This document shows, in pieces, positions 55,756 through 64,000 of a stretch of DNA of 64,000 bases. Positions within the stretch are counted from its first letter, which is position 1, and each line of letters opens with the position of its first letter. The DNA lies in the NCBI RefSeq assembly GCF_000142905.1, contig NW_013657675.1, forward strand, positions 496,001 to 560,000, read 5' to 3'. The translations under genes were made by a program, and so were the position numbers. The notes under the pieces were generated by a model that saw only the letters and a list, made by a program, of their open reading frames with translations, searched no databases and was not told where the DNA came from. Source of the stretch: Thecamonas trahens ATCC 50062. Taxonomy: Eukaryota; Protista; Apusomonadida.

Positions 55756-56934
55756 CTACATCCGTGGAGAGGCTGTCAAGGGTGAGGCGGGCGGCGGTTC
55801 GGCCCGTGGTGTGAACCGCAGTGTGCTGCCACTATCGGACGACGACGGCGATCGACCAGTGGCGTGGAAGCGATAGGCCTCCGCAAGGAGCCAGGCTGGG
55901 ACGAGGCCGCTCGGTTCGACGGTATCGGCGAGTGCGTCGGGCGAGAGTAGCGGGTAGCGGACGGCCTCGAGAAGGCCGGCCGCCTGGGTCGCGGCTTCGG
56001 TGTCGAGCGTGGCGGGGTAGCCCGGAAGGTTGGCAGCAATCCAGGCGGCGAGCGCAGAGAAGACGGTCAGCTCGTCAACAACAAGCGCAGTGTCGGCGGC
56101 GAGAGCCGCCACAACCTGATACGGCAGGCTGGCGAAAGACGGGTGGCCCAGAAAGGCGCACGAGAAAGATGGATCCAGCGCAAACTGCGCCATCCGCTCG
56201 ACCACGGTGGCGTTGCCGAACCGAAGCCCGGCGGTCCACATGACGGCGGCCGTCTCGACCGTCACCTCTTCGGCCACAAACAGTTCGCCGAGCTCAACAA
56301 GGAGCGGCACCTGGTAGCGGATCCCAAACTCGATGAAGTCCACCACCCAACCTGCGTCCATCTCGGTCACCCGGCCGGTGTACATGTAGGTGAGTGCAGC
56401 ACGAACAGCAGCCTCGGCGAGGCCTGAGATCGGCACAAGAATCTTGGTAGTGACCCCGGCACGGCGCTCGTCTACAATGATAGCGCGCAGGACAGGAGAG
56501 TGGGCAGCCAGCAGCGCCGCGTGTGCATCGATCTCGACCACGTCGGCCGTGGTGGTAGCAGTGGCAGTCTCGGTTGGCGACGCCTCTAGCTCGTCGATGG
56601 CATTGTCGCCGCCAGCATGGTCACACTCACCACCATTGCCGCCGTCGATGCGTGTAGCCGGCTCCGCTTCAGACTTGCTCGCCGCCAGAAACTCGTCCAG
56701 CAAGGCAGCGCCATCGGCATCAGGCTCGGCAAACGGATCCGTATCAACCAACAGCGTCACATCAGCCAGTTCTGCGGCGGTCATCAGCGCAAGCATGTTC
56801 AGCTCGTAGATGGAGGGCATGCTCCCGTCGGCCATGGCAGCCGCATCGGCGTGTCCCAGCGCTGCCGTCGTCGAGCTCTCTGGTGCGTTCAGAGCCGCCA
56901 GTCGTACAGACAAGCTCTCCTCGTCGGTCGCCAT
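55756..56934 (-). CDS. BTB/POZ and BACK domain protein
   Basis: ADVTLLV...AHAALLAAHSPVL, ALTYMYTG, and BACK-type DELTVFSALAAW...VRYPLLS. The start is uncertain. Confidence 0.8.
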   Translation of the reverse strand: MATDEESLSVRLAALNAPESSTTAALGHADAAAMADGSMPSIYELNMLALMTAAELADVTLLVDTDPFAEPDADGAALLDEFLAASKSEAEPATRIDGGNGGECDHAGGDNAIDELEASPTETATATTTADVVEIDAHAALLAAHSPVLRAIIVDERRAGVTTKILVPISGLAEAAVRAALTYMYTGRVTEMDAGWVVDFIEFGIRYQVPLLVELGELFVAEEVTVETAAVMWTAGLRFGNATVVERMAQFALDPSFSCAFLGHPSFASLPYQVVAALAADTALVVDELTVFSALAAWIAANLPGYPATLDTEAATQAAGLLEAVRYPLLSPDALADTVEPSGLVPAWLLAEAYRFHATGRSPSSSDSGSTLRFTPRAEPPPASPLTASPRM

Positions 56935-57980
56935 ATAGTGCACGTGTGGTTGTGGTTGTGAGGGTGAGTCGAGTTGGGTGAAAGAAGGAATGAGCGAGGG
57001 TGGCGTGGGCCCAGCGTCGGCGCTGTCCGAGCCACTGCCATGTGCCACAGCCTGCGACAGCACTTGGATCAATGGTTCTGGACTGGGGAGAATAGAGGGA
57101 GGAGAGGCGATCGGAGGCAACGAAAGGTTGTACAAAGCGTGCGTGGGTGGATGGGGAGAGAGAAAGCTGGATGATGGACGGAGCATGGTCGACTTGGTCA
57201 GCTTGAAGTGTGATGGGTGTGAGGGAGGATGGCGGAACAGATTGAAGCATGCGACACGATGGAGAGGTAGGTATCGGTTTGTATGAGTGTACGAGTGTGT
57301 GTGTATATGTGTGTGTGCGTCTGACATGTACCTGTGACGTTGGCATGCGTCACATAGTGCGATCGGGTGTGTGCAGCAGTTTGCTGTGTGATCGGTTGTG
57401 TGTGGTGGGATGTGCTGTTGGCTGGAGAGTGCCGGCGAGGCAACGGTCACAGCCGCGGCCACGGCCAGAGCCACCTCAACCACAAACGTCGACACAGCCC
57501 ACTTCAGCCGCGTAGCTGCTGGCCCATACGGTGGCCCATACGGTTCTTCATGGGAAAGGGTAGAGGTAGCAGCAGTGGTAGCAGTCGTGGTCTCCGTGGA
57601 AGACCCGGCTGGTCGTCGACATGGCGGTGGCACTGGCGGTGGCACTGGCGGTGGCGGTGATGGTACTGCGTCCGGAGCCGGTGGCCATACCCGCCTACAG
57701 GGTCGTGGCAAGCCCGGATCGGTGTACTCGGCAAGACTCAATTATGGCCTGTATGCCACAACCTTTGGTGTCGGTGATATTCCAAGCAGTGTACGTGGTA
57801 GATGTGGTGGAGAGCGGTGAAGAGGTGGTGGGGAGGGCGGCGATGGACTCATGGGCGGTCATCATGATGTGCGTCTCGCGGTGTGGTTATCTCGCTCGAT
57901 GGCTGATGGCTGCCGATGTTGCTCCTTCCGGTGGTGCGTGAGAGAAACAGGCGCTTGCGGCCAAGAGAGAGGTCAAGGCC

Positions 57981-59144
57981 ATGATCCACAAGGATATCCT
58001 GGAGCGACACAAGCCCAAGTGGAACATCTCGACGCAAGGACCCTCGAAGCGGGTGCTGAAGCATCAGATTCTGCAGTACAATTCGCTGAAGCAACCGTAC
58101 AACTTTCGAGCCGAGAAGCTGCCGGCCAAGGTTCCGCTGCAGTTCCCGCTAGCCTACGACAAGTTCCACTTTGATGAGCGCCGTTTGTACACCCGGCCGG
58201 CGGCTGCGCGGCGGCAGACGGCAGAGCAGGGTATCGATGGTAGCGGTGGTGGTCGCGGCGTGGAGAGTGGCTCGCGGGCGTCGCTGGGAAACTCGGCCGG
58301 GCCAGTGTCGGCGGGTGGGAGCCAGCCGTCGACGCCGCATGTCGACATCTTTCTCGGTGACTATGACCCGTCGCTGGCCACGGTAGGGCCGGACTCGCCA
58401 GACTCGGCCGGTGAGAAGCAGGCGCGCGATCAGAGTAGGGCGTCGGCCAGCGAACGGGCACTGCAGGCTCGCAACTCGGTTGATGACTTGCAAGGCGAGG
58501 ACGCGAGTGAGGGCAGACAGAGCAGGCGGGTGCGGCTGGCGACGACAGTCAACATGTCACGCGACGAAGTGCTCGCCACACGGGTGGTCAACACGCGAAC
58601 GGAGATCCCGACAGCGCCGACGCTGTCGGGCGACAAGCCCGAGTGGGACGTGACGACGTCGCCGGACCGCAAGGCGCTGAAGGCGCAGGCACACGCCGAG
58701 TGGCGTGCAGTCGAGGCGCGGCGCAAGGCGCTTGCCCGCTCAAGTCGTAGGCATCCAACTCTGATGGAGCGGACGCAGGCCATCAGCGACCAGGTCCGCC
58801 GCGACCAGCAGCGCAAGCAATACGAGCGGCAGCGGCTGCGCGAGCTCTACGGTCCGACCTACGAGCTGGAGACCGACGAGGAGCGGGTCCGCCGCGCTGC
58901 CCGCAAGTCGTTCCGCCCGCGCTTCCGCGCCCGCAACCGTGTCCCGCGCACTAGGGAGTACTTTCATCTCGGCGTCCTTCAGGACGTCACCATGTACGCA
59001 GCCGGGGACGGCGATGATGACTCGGACGCGGAGACCCAGGCGTGGTCGTGCTGCATGGGCGCGCCGTCGACCAAAGGCTGCGCCTATCGCTACCTCCCGG
59101 ACAACCGCTCGTATCTCACCTCACTCCCTCGCCTCGACTTTTAG
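57981..59144 (+). CDS. Uncharacterised protein; probably extends 5' via intron 57791-57950
   Basis: 387-aa ORF with repeated KP.W.(I/V)(S/T)T and a C-terminal H...WSCC......GC motif. A GTACGT donor at 57791 and ACAG acceptor at 57950 are phase-compatible. Confidence 0.6.
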   Translation: MIHKDILERHKPKWNISTQGPSKRVLKHQILQYNSLKQPYNFRAEKLPAKVPLQFPLAYDKFHFDERRLYTRPAAARRQTAEQGIDGSGGGRGVESGSRASLGNSAGPVSAGGSQPSTPHVDIFLGDYDPSLATVGPDSPDSAGEKQARDQSRASASERALQARNSVDDLQGEDASEGRQSRRVRLATTVNMSRDEVLATRVVNTRTEIPTAPTLSGDKPEWDVTTSPDRKALKAQAHAEWRAVEARRKALARSSRRHPTLMERTQAISDQVRRDQQRKQYERQRLRELYGPTYELETDEERVRRAARKSFRPRFRARNRVPRTREYFHLGVLQDVTMYAAGDGDDDSDAETQAWSCCMGAPSTKGCAYRYLPDNRSYLTSLPRLDF

Positions 59145-59590
59145 CCACTGGCTGTCACGTGCGGCAGTGAGGAGGGGAAGCTGTGTCCGCTCACGTCATG
59201 AACAGACGCACGCGCTCATCCTTGCGCCCCCCCCCCCTTCGATATCCTTCCAAACAATCACATCGCAAGAACACGAACGCATATCTAAATGCGTGCAGTG
59301 TGTGTGTGTGTGTGTGTGTGTACGTGTGCGTATGCAAGCGCATGCGTTGTATCGTATCGTATCAGTGGCGGTGGCCCCCTCGCTATGGTTGCGGCCATAT
59401 TTTTTGCGATGCCTTGAGCGTGCCGCAGCAGAATGGGGCCATCCTCTTCCCCAAGCGGGGAAGAGCAGCAACGCTCGTGTCTCCCCCCTCCCTCCCTCCC
59501 TCCCTCCCTCCCGCTACTGCTGACCCTGACCCTTCCGACTACGGGTAGGCATACCACTTGAGTACCATTCTTTGACCGTGTGTGGTAAAC

Positions 59591-61007
59591 ATGGTTATGA
59601 ACATGTGCTCCCAGGAAGTCTGTGTGGTGGTCATGATGTGCTTGGCAGTGGTGGCTGTCTCTGGCTACAGCAACCCGTGCAACCAGCAGAAGGGCACGTA
59701 CAAGGCCACCTTTTCGCCGCTTCCCGTCTCTGCCGACATGTCCATCACGCCCTTCTTCTCCCCCTCGGGCTCAACCCCGACCCTGACCAAGATCGTCGAA
59801 GATGCCACAGACGTACGTTCCGCCCCGGTCCCATACCCTGCCGCCCTCTGCTGTCCCTCCTCCTCACCCTCTTTATCTATCTCTTCATGCTCGGCTGCAG
59901 ACGGTTACGATTGTGACGCCCAACTGGAAGTCTTGGATCTCGTGTGGTGACTCGTATAACAGCGGGTGCTCGCCGTGGCAGCTGCGGTACGAGACGTATG
60001 ATCCGTTGTGGGTGGCGACGCTCAACGCCATCTCGCGTGGGGTCAAGGTCAACGTGCTCTCATCGTACTGCACCGGGCAGCACGCTCTCAAGCCGGGCCT
60101 CATCCTCCCGCTGACCTACCTCAAGCTCGCTGGCGCCAACGTCATCGAGTACCAGACAACGACGTACATGCATGCCAAGGCGGTGACGGCCGACAACTCG
60201 GTCGCAGCTATCTCCTCGATCAACCTCTCCAAGTCGTCCATGTCGGAGAACCGCGAGGCCGGCCTGGTGTTCTCGGGCGAAGGCGCGGCGCCGGTTGTCG
60301 ACTTTATCAACAAGGTTCTCGAGCACGATCTCTCGTATGGTGCTTCGTGGCCGCAGTTCTACACCTACAACGCGTCGGACATGGAGATCATCCGCGACAC
60401 CAAGATCTTGAAGATGCCCGAGTACCCCACGCCGCCGACGTGCGCTCCGGAGGTGCCGGCCGACCCGGAGCCGATCACCGGTCACATGGACGTAACCATC
60501 CTCACCCAGCCCGACTACACCTATGAGACATTCACCTCTGCCTGGAACGCGACGACTGACGAGTTTCTCCTCTACATCTACGTCATCAACTCGTGGGACT
60601 GGTGCCACAATGTCAACGATCTCTACAACCGTGGCGTCGACGTCAAGCTCATGTTCTCCTCCTCACTCGTCGGCAACTACCCGATCGCTCTCGAGTGTTA
60701 CAAGTGGCTCAACGAGAACGGGCTCGACATCCGCCTGACCAAGCCCAAGTGCCTCCCGTTCTGGCATCAGAAGTACTTTGTCATGGATGGCTCCAAGGTC
60801 GCTGTCTCCACCGGGAACCTCGACTCGTACGATGCACCCGACGCCTCGGTCTTCCCTCCGGTCACCGAGTCGGACGGCGTCCAGGCCTACCGCGGCTTTG
60901 CCGCCATCGTCGAGAACCACGATGTCGTCAAGACCTTCACCGACGTCTTCTGGGCCGACTGGGACGCGGGCTTTGACTACTACCCCTCGTGGAACTTTAA
61001 CAACTAA
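59591..61007 (+). CDS. Secreted/lumenal phospholipase D superfamily protein with two HKD motifs (intron 59813-59900)
   Basis: Signal peptide, HAKAVTAD..SSINLS...NREAG and HQKYFVMD..STGN. The GTACGT..GCAG intron is in frame. Confidence 0.85.
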
Positions 61008-61210
61008 CCCACCCGCTCGTACACCTTTAACACGCATCATAACCTAAATCATCGCGTCAGATCTTCCCGTCCGCCCGCGCCAGCCTGCCCGCCAGCCAGC
61101 CTGCCCGCCAGCCAGCCAACCTGCCGTGGCCCGAGTCGGTCACCACCATCGCCACCCACCCACACTCTACACACACACACACACTCACACACGCATCTCC
61201 ACACACACAC

Positions 61211-61263
61211 ACCACCACCACCACCACCACCACCACCACCACCACCACCACCACCACCACCAC
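61211..61263. repeat. (ACC)n microsatellite upstream of MAD1
   Basis: Seen directly in the sequence. Confidence 0.9.
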
Positions 61264-61292
61264 ACATACCCCTCCCCTCCCCCCTCTCCGCC

Positions 61293-63812
61293 ATGTCTAC
61301 CCGTGCCCTCCGCCCGCTCTCGTCGTCGGCCCGTGGCCCAGTCCGGTCGCGCAAGCGCAAGCTCGGGGCACCGTCCCCAGGCATGGCGGCTTCACTCTCT
61401 GCCTCAACCTCGGCCATGGGTGGTGCCTCTGCTTCTGCTGCTGCTGCTGCTTCTGCTACGTCTTCTTCCTCGACTACGGCTGCTCGGACTCTGGCGGCTG
61501 TCAAGCACGATGTCGATCGCTTTCTCTCCGCGCCAGACTTGCCCGGCCTTGTCGTGGCTGAGCAAGCGCTGCGGTCGACTCGGGCAGAGGCTGATGATGA
61601 CAAGCTTGGACGTGAGGGGCACTCGCTGCCCCTGCCGACTACCCTGCCGCAGGCGTGGAAGCTTATTCAACGGTATGAGATGACGGTGGGTACGCTCAAG
61701 AAGCAAATCGCCGAGCTCTCGGCTGCCGCCGACCGCATGGCTCGCATGGACGAGCTGGCTGGCTCGCAGGAGCTGGCTGGTCTCCGGGCTCAGCTAGCGC
61801 GGATGGCCACCCGGGTTGAAAAAGCCCGCATGGACGCGAGCGAGGCCCGTGCCGGCGATGGCGACGCACTCAAGCAGGCGCAGATCGAGATCGAGGATCT
61901 GAAGTCGCAGCGCCGCGCGCTGATGGACACGCTGAAGGAGGCCAAGGCTAGCGCGGCCACTGAGGCTGCAGAGGCTGCCGATGCGGTGGCTGCGGCGCAG
62001 GCCCGCGAGTCCAGTCTTGCTGAGCGGGTGGCACAGCTCGAGTCGGAGCTTGCCACCGCCGCCCACGCCGCCGACGCCGCCAAGCACGATGCCGAGCTCG
62101 CTGCGCGTGCGGCTGCCGCTGACAAGGAACTGCTCAACATGCAAATTGAGCAGGTGACTCGCGAGCGGCAAGAGGCCAGTGCGCGTGCGGCCGAGCTGAC
62201 GCCAGCGCTTACACGGGTCGCCGAGCTCGAGGCCGAGCTTGAGCGCCTGCGCCTTGCGTCGTCGCGCGACGCCGACGCCGCCGCTGACGCCGCCACCCTG
62301 CAGGCTGAGCTTGCTCGCCTTTCGAACCTGCAGGCCCAGGTTCACGAGCTCGAGCGGACAAACACGGCGCTGGCGGCCAAGGCCCAGAACACGGCGCTGC
62401 TCGAAGAGCGGGTCGAGAGCCTGCAGGCTGCGGCCGGAACCGCCGACGCGCTTCGTGCGGCGCTCGCAGATGCCAAGGCCGCGGTAGCTAGGCACGATGA
62501 AGAGCGTGAGGCCTGGGCAACGCTCCTCCGTGAGCGCGACTTGCTGAGCTCGTTCCCGACGCCCGCAGCCATCGTGGCCCACCTTGTCGAGCTGCAGGAC
62601 ACGGTGCTCCACCTCAAGTCGTCGTCGTCAACGAGCTCAACCCAGCTCAAGCTGAAGGACACCCACACTGACGCGCTCACGGAGCAGCTCATTCACGCCA
62701 ACCAGCAAGCCGAGATGTACGCTGCGGCACTGGCTGAGGCACAGGCGGCTCTGAAGCGGGCCGAGCGGGCGACTCGAGTGGCGAGTGCCGAGCGCGACGG
62801 ATACAAGAACATGCTCGCGGCGTACGAGGACGACGACGGTGAGGCTGCCGAGGACGCGGCGCGCAAGGACGAGTCCAAGGTTCCCGCGCTCAAGGCCATG
62901 GTCTCGGCGCTCGAGACACAGGTTGCCGAGCTCAGCGCCGAGCTTAAGCAGGCGTCGGAAGCACAGCGGACGGCACTCCGCCGAGCGCAGGTCGCCGAGG
63001 CGCAGGCTGACTCGGTCGCGCCGGCACCAGTCCCGATGGACCTCACAGGCAGCTTTGCACCGTCGCGGTCGCCAGTCAAGGGCGCAGGCGGCGAAGCTGG
63101 GTCCGGAACGGTGGCGGCGAGCGAGAGTGAGCTCGCACGAGTCCGTGAGGAGAACCTCGTGCTCAAGGCCGAAAATGAGAAGCTCGGCGCAGCCCTCCTC
63201 AAGGCCGAGACGCTAGCGGCCAAGCTCGAGGCTGCGGTCGGAGCTGGCTCGTTCAACGCCAAGACAACCAAGGTTCTGCACTTCAAGTCGAATCCGGCAG
63301 CAGCAGCGGCCAAGGCGGCGGCGGCGGCGCAGGAGCGCGAGCTCGACGAGCTCCGTGCGGCCAACAAGGCGCTGAAGGAGGCGCTGGTACAGCAGCAGAG
63401 CGGGGCGGCGTCGCCGATTGCGCCACAGGCGCCGCACATTGCTCAGCTCCGCGAGCGGGTCAACGAGCTCGAGGTGGCGCTGGCGCAAGCGGCGACCAAG
63501 AACACTCGGCTCAAGGAGGTCTTTGCCAAGATGTCGGCCGAGTTCAAGGAGGTGACGTACCTGCTCCTCGGCTTCCAGATCGACATGAAGGACCAGGGCC
63601 GGTACCGACTTCGGTCGATGTACGCCGAACACAAGGACGACGTGCTGTACTTTGCCAAGTCGGACGAGGGCACGATGCACTTGCTAGAGACGCCGTTTGC
63701 CGCCTCGCTTGGTGACGAAGTCGATGCCTACCTCCGGCGCTGCCACTCGATCCCTGCCTTTCTCTCGCATGTCACGACCAAGCTCTTTAACTCGCTCACG
63801 GTCCAGCCGTGA
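61293..63812 (+). CDS. MAD1: Spindle checkpoint protein Mad1
   Basis: Long coiled coil, Mad2-interaction motif KVLHF..NP, RLKEVF motif and C-terminal LLGFQID...LRSMYA...SIPAFLS. Confidence 0.9.
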   Translation: MSTRALRPLSSSARGPVRSRKRKLGAPSPGMAASLSASTSAMGGASASAAAAASATSSSSTTAARTLAAVKHDVDRFLSAPDLPGLVVAEQALRSTRAEADDDKLGREGHSLPLPTTLPQAWKLIQRYEMTVGTLKKQIAELSAAADRMARMDELAGSQELAGLRAQLARMATRVEKARMDASEARAGDGDALKQAQIEIEDLKSQRRALMDTLKEAKASAATEAAEAADAVAAAQARESSLAERVAQLESELATAAHAADAAKHDAELAARAAAADKELLNMQIEQVTRERQEASARAAELTPALTRVAELEAELERLRLASSRDADAAADAATLQAELARLSNLQAQVHELERTNTALAAKAQNTALLEERVESLQAAAGTADALRAALADAKAAVARHDEEREAWATLLRERDLLSSFPTPAAIVAHLVELQDTVLHLKSSSSTSSTQLKLKDTHTDALTEQLIHANQQAEMYAAALAEAQAALKRAERATRVASAERDGYKNMLAAYEDDDGEAAEDAARKDESKVPALKAMVSALETQVAELSAELKQASEAQRTALRRAQVAEAQADSVAPAPVPMDLTGSFAPSRSPVKGAGGEAGSGTVAASESELARVREENLVLKAENEKLGAALLKAETLAAKLEAAVGAGSFNAKTTKVLHFKSNPAAAAAKAAAAAQERELDELRAANKALKEALVQQQSGAASPIAPQAPHIAQLRERVNELEVALAQAATKNTRLKEVFAKMSAEFKEVTYLLLGFQIDMKDQGRYRLRSMYAEHKDDVLYFAKSDEGTMHLLETPFAASLGDEVDAYLRRCHSIPAFLSHVTTKLFNSLTVQP

Positions 63813-64000
63813 CCGCCTGAGCGTACGCCGTGCCCCGCATCGCACCTGCTCACTGCGCGAAAAACGCGAGATGGCCGGCTGTGCCCGCTGCGGCAGCGGC
63901 TTGTGACGCTTGGCGCCGGACTTTGCCCTGCGGAGCTTGGACGCCGCGGACCGCACTATGTGCGTGTTGGACGGCGCCGCCGTGGTTCGCCAGTCAGATC

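Noticed and set aside
63684-64000. Minus-strand frame open from the window edge
   Set aside because: It could be the 3' end of the next gene, but is too short and featureless to support.

Overview
Gene-dense, GC-rich nuclear DNA of a unicellular eukaryote, from a draft assembly with three N gaps. Style and content resemble an apusomonad such as Thecamonas, but that is an unverified inference. About 29 protein-coding genes lie on both strands, with short GT-AG introns (mostly GTACGN/GTATGT donors) and low-complexity intergenic spacers. Recognisable genes: CBS-domain protein, PEX14 with a long extension, STT3, a CHD6-9-type remodeller with FYR domains, IRC3-like helicase, kinesin-3, CDC37, calmodulin-like protein, SMIM8, WW/FF protein, BRK1, SLC12A9-like transporter, LIAS, TRAPPC3, BAR-SH3 protein, AlaX, Ras, FCP1, BTB-BACK protein, phospholipase D and MAD1. 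Several spliced small genes are missing or only partly covered in the ORF track. The best novelty candidate is a probable single gene at about 7938-12973. It would join a cytosolic ankyrin-like region to a membrane-anchored, bacterial AapJ-like amino-acid-binding domain. Four genes show a -1 frame break, most likely assembly errors. No tRNA, rRNA, CRISPR array or intact mobile element was recognised.
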